The notes below the pieces were generated by a model. That model saw only the letters and a program-made list of their open reading frames with translations. It did not search any database and was not told the DNA's origin. A DNA stretch of 64,000 bases from NCBI GenBank assembly GCA_052426225.1, contig JBNJNM010000008.1, positions 1,612,001 to 1,676,000 of the forward strand. Reading direction: 5' to 3'. Shown piece after piece: positions 1 through 11,900 of this stretch (its first letter is position 1; the number at the start of each line of letters is the position of its first letter). Both the position numbers and the translations under genes were made by a program. Source of the DNA: Zancudomyces culisetae HAW-14-8 (taxonomy: Eukaryota > Fungi > Kickxellomycota).

Positions 1-87
1 GCAAAATAAAAAAAATAAAAATGTGGAGAGAAAATCTTTCCTCCTCATTATTGTTCTCTCTCTTTCTCTGATATCATGTGAGTTTGC

Positions 88-834
88 TTAATACCATGGT
101 GATGGGTATCCGCAGTATATGCTCTTGTATCCGTTCTGTACACAGACAGTTCCTGGTCCACAAGGTCTCACAATCCATCTGTTGTGGTCGCATTGAAGGT
201 ATACACCCTTGTTTTTTCCGATACAGCGGTATGAGTCGCCCCAGCATCTTCCATGTCCCCAACTTCCATTATCATATCCTCCATAGTTGTTGTTGTTGTT
301 GTTGTTGTAATCGACATTATAGTTTTGTTGGTTGTTGTTATAGTCATAGTTGTTGTTGTTATCGTAGTTGTTGTTATCATATTCTCCACGCTTGTAGTAC
401 TTTGGGTTTACAATGTGCTTCTCTCTGTGCTTGTGCTCTTCCTTATGTCTATGTCTGTCATTGTGGTGAGGACGGTGCTTGTGGTGGCGGTGCTTATTAT
501 CATGGTGGCGGTGCTTATCATCATTTTGTCTGTACTCTCCGCGCTTGTAAACCTCTTTGTTTTCATTTCCATCATCTCCATCATGTCCATCTTCTTTGTA
601 GTCATTATCTTTTTTGTCGTCATACTTGTCGTCACCATCTTTTTCCTCGTTCTTGTAATCTTGAGCATGACCATTATCATATTGTTGAGGTTGATACTCA
701 ACCTTGTTTCCATCAGATTCTGGAACATATGATTTCTCCTCCTCTCCTCTCTTGTTGTTTTTAACGGATCCTGAGAGTACTGCATTGGTAAATCCAATGA
801 GTGCAAGTACTATTCCTGAATTAACCTTTACCAT
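88..834 (-). CDS. Secreted Tyr/Asn/Asp/His-rich protein with C-terminal CBM19-like chitin-binding module (248 aa)
   Basis: Signal peptide (MVKVNSGIVLALIGFTNAVLSG). Three KRGE dibasic sites separate acidic, His/basic and Asn/Tyr segments. The 6-Cys C-terminus CWGDSYRC...YLQCDHNRWIVRPCGPGTVCVQ...IYCGYP matches the CBM19 pattern (C..g.W....C.PGT.C). Confidence 0.85.
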   Translation of the reverse strand: MVKVNSGIVLALIGFTNAVLSGSVKNNKRGEEEKSYVPESDGNKVEYQPQQYDNGHAQDYKNEEKDGDDKYDDKKDNDYKEDGHDGDDGNENKEVYKRGEYRQNDDKHRHHDNKHRHHKHRPHHNDRHRHKEEHKHREKHIVNPKYYKRGEYDNNNYDNNNNYDYNNNQQNYNVDYNNNNNNNYGGYDNGSWGHGRCWGDSYRCIGKNKGVYLQCDHNRWIVRPCGPGTVCVQNGYKSIYCGYPSPWY

Positions 835-1070
835 GATGAAGTTTCAAATAAAGTAGTCTTTGTGTTTTTATTAAAAAAAATAATTATTGTTATCCCTTTT
901 TCACTCTTTAATTATTATTGAGTTCTGGCTCCTAGAATTAGTACCAATTGTATCTTTCCTCTGATTTAACTTATTATATTGGATATCTTTAGAACTTGTA
1001 AGTTTTCAAGACAAATATCTTTGTTATTGATGAGTTTGAATAATTTTATTTCGTTGTGTATTTTCGTTGG

Positions 1071-1080
1071 TGTATTTATA
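1071..1080 (-). promoter_or_regulatory. Putative TATA box (TATAAATACA) for the 88..834 gene
   Basis: TATAAATAC on the coding strand about 240 nt upstream of the ATG. The same 9-mer precedes the 4232..4909 and 20416 genes. The AT-rich background lowers significance. Confidence 0.4.
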
Positions 1081-3089
1081 TCTTTTTTTTTTGCCATCCT
1101 CCTTCCTTTATTTACACTATAACACTATTATATCTTTACCTCATACTACCTCAGTAATTCTTTATTTACTAGCTTATACACTTACTAACATTCACGAGTA
1201 TTTGTTTTGGTAATCTACCAAATATGTTTACTGTTTTTTCTACTAATATTGTTACATTTTACTGATTAATTTAAATAATAGTAAGTCCGGTTCATTCATT
1301 ATTCTTTTCCTCTCCCTCTGTCTATGTTTTGGGTAGATTATGTTTAGGTTTTACATTCTTTAGAATAACAATACCAAAATTGTTTGTAATTCACTACCAA
1401 TTACATATTTACTATCCACTCCCCCCCCCCCTGAAATTTATATACATACCCATTCATTTCCTTATTTACTCTCTTTTTATTTATCTTTTACATTGTGTTT
1501 TGAATTATTGTGATCAACAGAGTAGATTTTGGGCATTACTGAGTAATGGACTTTACGCTCTGCATTTTTACGTTACCGTTATCCTTTCTTTCATGTTTTT
1601 TTTTCCCCTTATTTTTTTCTTGTACCCTCCTGTTCTTTACCTGTTTTTATTCCTGTCTTTGCTAATATTACTAGTATATTACAAAAGCAACATTGATTGA
1701 AATTTCCAACATTCTGAAGAAGAAAAAAAGTGAAAATGCTTCAAAGGTGTTATCACCTAAATATGCCCGCATTATTTTAGAATTCTTCCATTTTGCTTTA
1801 TGATAATCTGCTACAGAATTCCATCCATTCCTACTATTGCTCCTACCCATTTTTTCTTTAACTTTCTTTTACTCAACTGATTAATCTTACCCAATTTCTT
1901 TTTCTGTTGTAAGAACAAAAAAAAACTGGTTGGTAACATTCCAAAACTATCTCATGTTCAATTCTCATTACCAGAATTTATCAGTAATATTTCCAAGCTC
2001 CGCCCATTATACTTATTGTATTGGAAGAGACAACTTATCAAGCAGCATCACAATTCTTGAATGTTTAAACATTCAATGGTATATCTCATACCCAGTACTT
2101 TTTCATACATAATCCACACTCTCGTCATAATGTTAGCGGTTTTTTGTAGGACTCATAATATACTAACAAACACATATTTCTTGGTACAGCTAGGGGAAAG
2201 TATAGGAATTCAAATCATCTGCTATTCATTGTATTGGCACATTATAACCTACCTAAAAGCGAGCCAAGAAAATTAACTCTGTGAAAATATTTGTCTTCTG
2301 TTCAATAAAAAATAATTTTATAGTCACTCAAAGAGTACTTGTGAACTCATGATATTATCAACACAAACACACACACCGCCCATAAACGTAAATATGTACC
2401 TCGAACTTGCACATACCCAGTATTGTTTTCTCGTTTTTTTTTTACAAAAAAAATAGAATTGCAAGAATAAAAAAGGTAATACATATTACTTGTCCGTAAG
2501 CGACCCACTACAATCTGAATTTAAACCCCGTCTCTCACACTATTCTCTCTAATCCCTCTCTCTTGGAATTCAAAATTTACCGACCCATAGTAATAATTTT
2601 GTACTCAATACCTATCTCATTCCACTTGTAAAAGTTCACACACACAAAAAAAAATAGCCCAAGTAATTACGTCTTTAAACCCAGTTTTGTTTATTACCAT
2701 CTTATACAAAACAACATCCCTGGTATTAAAGAAGAACTTGAATAGATAAAATACCAGTAAATCCAAATACTTTCTCTTTCTCATGTTTACCATGATTCCA
2801 TTACCTAGCTTAAAACATGGTTTACTTGAGTTTATGTAACTATTTTTTTTTCCAAGGAAAAGGAAAAGAAAAACGAATATATCATATAATTAGATTTTCT
2901 TTCCTTGGTTTTTTTCTCTACATGTTTTATCCCATAGTGACAATAAACAACCAAATATATTCACATAAAAACTGATCAAACAAATAGTATAACTTCAGTT
3001 TACACATACACTTACACATAATAAAAAAACCGAAACACCCATTATCAACTATCAATAAGTTGGAGACAACCAAGATCTCATCACCCACC

Positions 3090-3745
3090 ATGATTTATAC
3101 TTCTATTATCTTGCTTTTGATTGCAGTATTAGCTTCTTCAGGCTTTATTCCTGATGAATATTACAGTATGAAAATATACGTTGCTGTTTTGCCTGGTAAG
3201 GACGGGTATGACCTACTGGATTACAAATGCCGCCACTGGCCAGAATTCTCCAAGAAATGCAAAGAAAGAAAGTGGAGAAATGACTATGATGACATAAAAG
3301 CACCAGATGGTGCATATGAAAACGGTTGGTCCGGCCAGAATAACTATGGAAACAGTGCAGAATATGATATTAAAGTGGATAGTAAAGATACCACCGGCGA
3401 AAAGATGCTTGTGAAACAGGTTGATTCTACACCAAAAAATCAACAAGACAACAGTACCTCTGCTTCGCCAAGTGAAGAAAAACCCAAAATTTCAAAAAGG
3501 GGATACAACTATGATGGTAGAAATCCCGACAAATATGATTCGTACGATTGTGTTTATGAATACTCTAGTGGATATGGCATGGGTCGATACGGCTACAGAG
3601 GTAATTATTTATTTATTTTTTTTGTTTTGTTTTTACTATAGCTATCATTTTTTCCAACACTGTCAAGTGATACAAATCAATGTTTGCTATAAACACTAAA
3701 CACACTATAATAATGTAAATAGGAATGGGCTATAACTACGCATAA
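3090..3745 (+). CDS. Small secreted Tyr-rich protein, 2 exons (3090-3600, 3723-3745)
   Basis: Signal peptide MIYTSIILLLIAVLASSG followed by FIPDEYY. A GT..AG intron at 3601-3722 (phase 1) gives the C-terminus ...YGYRGMGYNYA*. A KRG site precedes the Tyr/Gly-rich tail. Confidence 0.7.
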
Positions 3746-4231
3746 CAAAGAATCAAAGATTCTGGAAGGGCGCACAAAGCTGTGAAGAATAAAAAGTCAT
3801 TTTTATTCTACAAATCATTTTGGATATACATTTATTTATTTTTACTTGTTTATTTAGCATAACTTATTAGCAGTATTTGAGACTACACGATTAAGTTCAT
3901 TTTTAGTAGCACCAGTATTTTATTATCATATGTACCACCTAGATAAAGTATTATATTATTCATATTTTTGGAGTTAAATACCTTTTATCGCCAACTTACT
4001 ACATCATGTTTAACTTGAAATCCTGTGTATATTTTGGACAGAACCATCAAAGTTATAAAGAAGAAAAATAAAGAGTAACTAGTTGTGGTTTTTCTTTTTA
4101 ATATAGTTTATTTATAGTTAATATTTATAATGCAAAATACCAAAATACCAAAATTATTGAATATCAAAAGTGATTTAAAAAAAAAGACTATGTAGAAGTA
4201 ACCACTAAATATAAATCAAACAGCTCCATGC

Positions 4232-4909
4232 TTATGGATATCCGCAGTAGATGCTATGGCGCCCATTTTGTTTGCATACAGTACCTGGTCCACACTCTCT
4301 TACAAGCCATTTACCCTCATCACATTGCAAATATGTATTTGCGTTCCATCCAGTACAGCGGTATGAATCGCCTCTACATTTACCTTCCTGATGGTATTCA
4401 TCCAAACCACGCTTCCATACCTTTTGTTGATAACCTAATTGATATAAAAACGTATAAAGTGTTAACAGAGCTCTAGCATAAAAAAAAAAGCTTAGCTAGT
4501 TCTTACCATATCCATCATTGTAATTATTTTTGTATCCGTCATTGTAGTTATTTTTGTATCCGTCATTGTAGTCATTTTTATATCCATCATCGTGTTTATT
4601 GTTGTAGTCAGGTTGGTAGACATATTTCTTGTCATCATCATAGTATTTCTTCCCCTTTCTACGCTTACAGTTGTGGCGGTGATGATGGTATTTATAGCCC
4701 CAGTATTCTTGACCACCCTTGTAACCATCACGGTCTGAACCATAGCTGTAACTATCATATTCACCATATGACTTGTAGTCGACCTTTCCACCATCATGCT
4801 TGTTGTAGGTTACGGCTCCATAGTCATCTTTCTTCTGTGCGTCACCTGAAAGTACCAGTGTGGTAAATCCAATTAGTGCAAGTCCAATGCTCTTACTGAT
4901 TCCAATCAT
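4232..4909 (-). CDS. Secreted Tyr/Lys/Asp-rich protein with C-terminal CBM19-like module; paralogue of 88..834; 2 exons (4909-4507, 4434-4232), 201 aa
   Basis: Signal peptide MIGISKSIGLALIGFTTLVLSG. Splicing the 72-nt gtaaga..attag intron (4435-4506) continues the frame as GYQQKVWKRGLDEYHQEGKCRGDSYRCTGWNANTYLQCDEGKWLVRECGPGTVCKQNGRHSIYCGYP*, collinear with the 88..834 C-terminus. Contains DGYKNNYN repeats. Confidence 0.88.
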
Positions 4910-5070
4910 TTTTAATACTGTTAATCTGCTGTGTTAATTTATGTATTAATTTACAAGTATCGCTACTTGGTGTTGAGTTTATATTTCAATCTTTGGCTGT
5001 TACTTTAATTTAACTATAAGTTAAACCCGATAGATAAAGTTGATGTTGAATCACTAAACGAAAATTTGTA

Positions 5071-5080
5071 AGTATTTATA
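5071..5080 (-). promoter_or_regulatory. Putative TATA box (TATAAATACT) for the 4232..4909 gene
   Basis: TATAAATAC about 165 nt upstream of the ATG on the coding strand. Confidence 0.4.
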
Positions 5081-7576
5081 CTTTTTCTTTCTACAAAAAC
5101 AAAAAAGAAAGATAGCATTTAATTTGTAATACCCACCTGCTTGTATATATTATAAACGTATGTTTGCTTCTACCAACCCATTTTGGCTGAATAAGTGAAA
5201 TAAAATTGTGATAATATTCTCTAGCTTTCACTAGCTAATATATTTTTGTTTTTTTCCCAAACAGCATTATTTAGAGGTCGGCTTTGACATTACTGACGGT
5301 TCACCGATTCCATTAATCAATTATTATACAAAAGGGATTATAGAATGTTGTGTAGTTAGAAGACGCAATATTTCGGTTTCAACTCATCTCTAGCTGCATA
5401 CACAAACCACTTTTGCGCCAAACATTTCATTATAAGGCTGTACCACTTGGAACAAGAAATAGTGTAAAATTTATATCGAGCACGCTCAGAATACACATTT
5501 TCAAGTGCTGAGCCTTTGTGTACTACAGCGGAACTTGGAAGGTATAGTTAGCCGATAATCATACTTTCATTTTTATTGATTTCCTTCTAATTTCAGACAA
5601 GGTTCCAAAAAAAAAACATAAAGTGAAGGTGAAAGACTACGATAGGTTCCTTTTAACACATCCTTGATCAATAAAAAAAATGTTCACACAGACACAAAGT
5701 CACACATACCACTTTTCCGATCCAAACTTTTTTGAGTATGCGTTACATCTCATGATAGTTGGATACGGAGAGTTTAAATTAATGCATGCGATTATTCCAC
5801 TAACAAAGAAAATAAAGAAAAACATTTTTTGGTTTCATTACTGGTATTTGTTCCTATTGATTGTGTGAACTTGTACTTTGTTTAAACAAGATAATAAAAA
5901 AAGCGATTTCTACATGCTCTAATTCACTACTATCTTGAACATTGCTCATCAATCTTCATGTTTGTACTTTCAATGGAAAACAATGAAAAATGCGGGCAGC
6001 TCTTAAAAATGTGAGAGAATGGTTGTAAACGAAACGTAAAAACACAAGCATTATTCGAAAGTACTTGGTATCCACTACATTATAGCAGCATTTCAAAAAT
6101 GTTACAAAAAAGTTGTGGTGAAAATATGGGTCTAGTCATTTATCATGGCTTGTTTTTTAATGGTATCTTGCCCAATACATTAAAATAAAACGCTAATTTC
6201 GCTACTTGACAGAATGGTTCAGAAGCAACTATGTTTGTACACACCTTAGGCATTGACTTCCACCTGTGCAATGCCAAAAGAAGCTTTTTTCCTTTCCTTT
6301 TTTTTCAAAAAGCTATTTTGGTAAAGAAAGGGAATACGTGTACAATACTAACCCCTCGCTGTCCTATCTATACATGGTAGGTAAAATGCCAGGTTAGTTG
6401 TCAAAGAATTTTGGTTATGCTATAATTAGGATTTTGTGTGTTTAGCCCTCTCCACATTTGGTAAAAACATTGGCAACATTGGCAACATTGGCAACATTGG
6501 TGGTAGCGTTGTGGCATTTACATTCAAAACCAACACCTAATAACAGAGTTCTTCACATCCAATTGATTATACTATCAGAGGCAGCAAAAAGAAAGATAGT
6601 ACGGTTTATTTGGAGATTATCACCAGAAATCCAATCAATTGAAGAGTTGCTTGAAAACAAGGCAAAACAAAAACAGATCCAAACAGAACGCGAATCGAAG
6701 TTTAAGCAAGTCTATGCAGCTGTTTAAAGCCCGACTTCCATGTAAATAATCGTACTGCTAAACCAATGCCCATAAACATAACCAACACTCCAAATTACCA
6801 TCCACCCATTTAAGCTTTAACTTGGCTAATCGGAAAAAAATTTGAACAGAAAAAAGAATCTTGGGAAGCCCCAAATAGAAATAAACTACTCCCTCCTAAA
6901 ATTGCTGGCCTTTAGCAGTGTCTAGAATTTGATTTGTGGTGAGTTTGTCCCTATCCGGCGACTGGAGCTTACAAATATTATCTTTGGTAAACGCCGTGTA
7001 TTTATCTATTTCCGATTCAGTTGGTTGTTGCATCTCCGCTGCCATTCGAGCCTTGAAAAAACTATTGCTTTTTATCTCCATATCCATTTTCTGACATTTA
7101 TTAATTGGGTTAAAACATAGAAATATTTAATACTGATCTTTTTTTCTACTAATTAAGCGCAATTGTGCAGCTTTTGTACATATATTCAATAATTCGATAC
7201 TGGATATTAGATATTAAGTACCAGATATTAGAATCTGGAAGCATGAAAAGTTCTGTAAATGACAATAAAGGATAGAAAGTCACAAAGTACAAATTTAACT
7301 AACGCCTTATCCTCAACTTTCTAAAAATTCGCAAATTGAGCCAACCTTTCTTGCTTTGATTGTGTTGATTATCTCTTTTTTTTGAATCTTTTTGTAATTT
7401 TCCCCAAAGAAAAACTCTTTAAATCTTTGCGTAGGAACAGAAGCAGAAGCGAAAATAAATGAGCAAAGGGGTCTTTGGGGTGTAATACTGCGTGTCACAA
7501 CAATAGGATAAGATACCAACCATATGTAACAACCCATAAACGCCTATTTCAACTAAATCTCAAAGAACAAGTGAAA

Positions 7577-10500
7577 ATGATAAGCGAAAAGATAGTGGTT
7601 GATGCCGAAGGGGGAGGGGGAGAGGAAATAGACGAAATAGACGCTCATGTCGCTAAGGAGAAAATTCAGCAAGTGCTGAATGGATTTTATAGAAAGAGGA
7701 AAAATGAGAATCTGATGAAAAGTAAGCATCCCATATCGATACTAATCCTCTTTATTGTATATTAAAAGGTAGATCCCGAAATAAAACAACAAAGCTGTGA
7801 CAAAAAAAACTTGATTAAACTATATTAAAAGAATATGAAAAACGATAGGTTTCGATCTAATAGACTGTATAATGTTGAGTATTGTATTAATAAATCTGGG
7901 CTTATTTGTGGTGGAACTCATTCTTATTAATCTAGATTCTGGGAAGAATATAAACAGATATGTAGGAAATAAAGTGGAAACCATAGTAGGAATTGTGGTA
8001 TTGTTGGTAGGGGGTGGTTTTCTAATATTTATTCGGATGTGGGAATACAAAAAAGGAAGAGCGGAGTTGTATGAGCGCATAAGAAAAGCAAGCGAAATCA
8101 TAGAATCGTATGAAGGCGAATATGTTGGGAAGACAGAGAATAACATGTCAACGATTACAATATACAAGACGAAACGGGCAGGAAAATGGGAGTTCATCCC
8201 AACTTTATTTTTGGTAGAAGGTGATATCGTTGAGCTGGGATGCGGTGAAGAAGCGCCATGTCTACTAGAGATGGTACAAGAAGAAGGGCTCAGACTAAAT
8301 GAAAAAGAACTTTATAGTACCGAGAAATTGAAAGAATGGAATAAAGATGCACTTGCTATGAGGGGAAGAGGAAAATTCAGGTGTTTGGAGACACCCTTAG
8401 TAAACTACTTAGAACAAAGGATTGAATCGGCGAAAAAGTTTCAACATAATTCCGGGATGGAAACTCAAGCAAAAAACATTAAAGTGTGTATTTTGAAATA
8501 CCTTATGCCATCAGTTTTAGTGCTACTAGTAGCGGGCGTATTGGTAGGTACATTTACAAAGGGAAGGCGTGTGGTTTTCTCAGAGTTATTATTTATAGTG
8601 CTGAAATCACTACTGCCAATATCAATTGGGTTCCTCACTGTAGAAATATTTAAAGTATTGGCGGTATACTATGGAAATGCCAGAGTGATAGTGCTATTTG
8701 AAGGACTAAAGCTAAGCAAAACGGAGTTTTTAGACAAAGAAGAGGTGGATGAATTTGATGTAGAAGCACCACCACCAACAAAGGACATAACTCTCACGGC
8801 ACGGCGGATTTTCGACCAGGCTTTCTGGATTTTTAAAAATACAGACTATAAGTACATGAGCAGAAGCAGCAAGATGGTTGAGGTTTTGAGTAGCATTACA
8901 GCATTTTGTAGCATTGACCAGGAGGGAACCATCTCTCAATGTGTTCCAGAACAGTTAGTTGTTCCAACAGACGGCCATGGCCATCCTTTAATATTGGATA
9001 TCGACATTTCTAATGATTTTCGGTACGGAATGCGTTTTGCACCAGTGCAAATGTACGAGGAAATCCAAATAGGAGAGCAAGCAGATGAGTATCAGCCGCA
9101 AGGACATTATAACTACGAAGATGAACATTACACGCCGCAGCACTCACAACTACAGCAGCAATCAGTGGAACAGCTCGATTGGAAACAACATATTGATAAG
9201 CTACTCCCAATAGCAAAAGGAATTCTTTTGCAGAGTAACTGTAGTTATGGAAACAGAGCTGATAATTTTACACATTCAAAAAACATTGAAATATCAAAAA
9301 AGGCATATTGTAGTGGTGTGTATAGCGAGTGCTTGTGTAGGCTTGGGAATGTAATCGGTGTTTCTAGTACAAATAATGGTGACGTTAGTCCGGATAGCGT
9401 TGTAAATGTGGTAGCGGTCTCCACCACACACCCATCCATTGACGATTTGGATCGTAAATTGGCACTGTCTCTTCCAGTTATACACAGTACGTTTGTGTTT
9501 CCAGAAATTCCCAATGGGAAACATGAGGTTCAAGTTTATAGTAGTGGAGACCTGGATATGATACTCAGCCTCTCTGACTCGATATATGACGGAGAACGGG
9601 TTTTGCCTCTAGAGGAGAAGCTAATGGATGAACTTTACGATATCTATAAATGTACACTCATGCAGGATTTACAATGCGTCGGCTTTTCTTTCAAGTCAAT
9701 AAAAATGACTGAAACAAAACCTGAAAATATCGTTGAATCTTTTAAAACAAAACTTGATCTAGTCAGTAGAAGTAAAGCAAGCCTGCGAAGGAAGAGTACA
9801 GACCAAGGCAAAGGCAAAGGCAAAGGCAATGCACATGACCAGGATCGGACTGGTGTCGGTTTGGTCGTTCTGGATAACGACTGGGGCGATGCTGAGCAAA
9901 CAGATATTTCTGAACATGAAGTACCCCACTACCTCTGTAACTCCACTAAACTCAAGCGAGAGTACAAAACAGCAAGGCGGAAGCTTGGGCGAAAAGTTGA
10001 TGGTATGGGTATTGACGAACTTATTGGAATTGATTATATTTCTGATGAAATTTCAGAGCAGCCTAATCAAGAATTTACAAATGAAATTTTCGATTCGCAG
10101 ACCTTTTTGGGATTGTTAACGTTTAGCGACAATCCAAAGCCTGATGTTTGTGATTTTATAGAAGATCTCTCATTGGCTGGAATACGATTTGTGTACTTTT
10201 CTAAAACTAACATGAATCAAAGTAAGTCCTTTGGCGAGAAACTGGGGCTAGAAACCGATTGGAACACGACGATACTTCTTGGACGTAGCGGCACCGACAA
10301 AAGAGCCAAAGTAGGTAGTAGAGGTGGCTACTTTGAAGACTACGAAATAAAAGCACAGCTGCCCAAGGGTATACAAGAAATCCGTGAGCATATCAAACAA
10401 GTCGACGATATTCCTCTTCAAGCCAGGTTGTTTGCTGAATGTGAAGAATCTAGTGTTGCACAAATGGTGGATATCTTTAGAGAGAACGGAGATATTGTTC

Positions 10501-11900
10501 TGGGATTTGGTTCTGTGTACACGCATTCAAACGCCGTTGTCTTTGATAACTGCGATATAAGAATAGGTGTTTATCCGAAATATCACTCGTCCTTCACTTC
10601 TGCCTCTGTTCAAGGCTGCTCCAACCTGTTCCACTCATGCCCTTCGCCATTTATGTTTCCTTCATATGCACATTCTCTTCCAGCATCCCACTTTGCTCAC
10701 CTTCCTCAATATGAAGACTCTGTGAATCTAGGTGCTGTCTCCCCCTCTGTTCGGATATCGAGTGCCTTGAATCCTAGTATTCTCGACTTATCCTCACTGC
10801 TCAGCGGCATTGACTGCTCTCTATTTTTGCCTTTCGATTCATCTTTGTATTCGATTTTGCAGCTAGCTGCTGAGTCTCGCCAGTTTATTTGTTCACTGCA
10901 ACAGACTTTACTTTTTGCTCTTGGATGCGTACTTTCCTTGATAATTGTAAATAGCATCCCGCTGTTCTTTTCTCTGCCTCCACTGGTTGATTCCCTGAGC
11001 ACAATGTACTTGGTATGCTTTACTATTCCATGCATCTCGTTTACCTTTCTGCTTTCCGCTCCCTCAAGCGATATAATGACCATAATGCCTTCAAAAAACA
11101 TCTTTAACTCTAAAGGTTTAATATCAAGTATATTGTATGGGTTTTTGCGTATTTTGCCTATCGTCATCAACACATTGGCTATATACTTGGCTGTATTATC
11201 CCTCACCAATGATAACTCTTCTCTGGCCAAACTTTTGTTTAGCTCTCCTCCACCACCCTCCGGAGCTTATACTCTTGCCACTATGTTTGCATTTGTGGAG
11301 TTGCAGATATCTTTTTCTTTTTTTGGGCTTACTATGATGGACAGACTTGAGCCAATTGTCACCTACACATCCTTTAAACTGTTTTTCACTGAGCGTTTAC
11401 CCTTTGCCATCCGTTCATTTTCTTTTAAACGCTTTGGAAGAAGTAGTAGCAACAACGTAAAATCATCGGCCAGATCTTTTGAGCACACAAAAACGTCCAC
11501 CGCACACAGTAACATCACTATGCCACACCCAACTCCCAATGCAGCAGCAGCCGTCTCTTTCTCCACAGGTGCCCATTTAAACAACAACAATGCTGCCACA
11601 CAAACATCTGCTGGGACAAGCAGCTCCAAGTATTTTTATTTTTTCCTCTTCGTTGTTGCTCTGACACTTTTTTCGATTGCCTTTTCGCTAGTATATACGA
11701 CATACAAGCATATTCCACCTCATACAATCAGCAACGTCAACTTCTTGGTTTACATATTTGGGCTTGTGATCCTCCCCTTGTGCGTTTTGGTCCCTGTGAA
11801 CGAATATTGTAAATTTTGCGACAAAACCCGCTTTGTTAGGTCTCAAAAAATCAAAAAACTCGAATTTAATACAAAGCTTGGTCTACATTCGCCATTGTAG
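7577..11900 (+). CDS. TMEM94: TMEM94/ERMA-like atypical P-type ATPase (main exon about 7864-11900; probable 5' exon 7577-7721)
   Basis: Motifs LVEGDIVEL (actuator domain), AGIRFVYFS, KLGLETDWNT and the C-terminal KLEFNTKLGLHSPL are typical of TMEM94. Multiple TM helices. The gtaagc donor at 7722 is phase-compatible with acceptors at 7848 or 7863, so the 5' structure is uncertain. Confidence 0.85.

Noticed and set aside
78-806. Overlapping Cys-rich, Val/Ile-rich and Met/Thr-rich ORFs on both strands
   Set aside because: These are frame and antisense shadows of the low-complexity 88..834 gene.
5260-6300. Exon-like stretches, including a TGC-TGA (Cys-Sec-like) at about 5506 inside a GCTCAG..CTGAGC hairpin; considered because some early-diverging fungi use selenocysteine
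   Set aside because: No recognisable selenoprotein family, no consistent exon chain and no SECIS that I can support. A SECIS/selenoprotein search would settle it.
6458-7120. Short ORFs and a (TTGGCAACA)3 repeat, possibly a gene or transposon remnant
   Set aside because: No recognisable domain, terminal repeats or splice structure.
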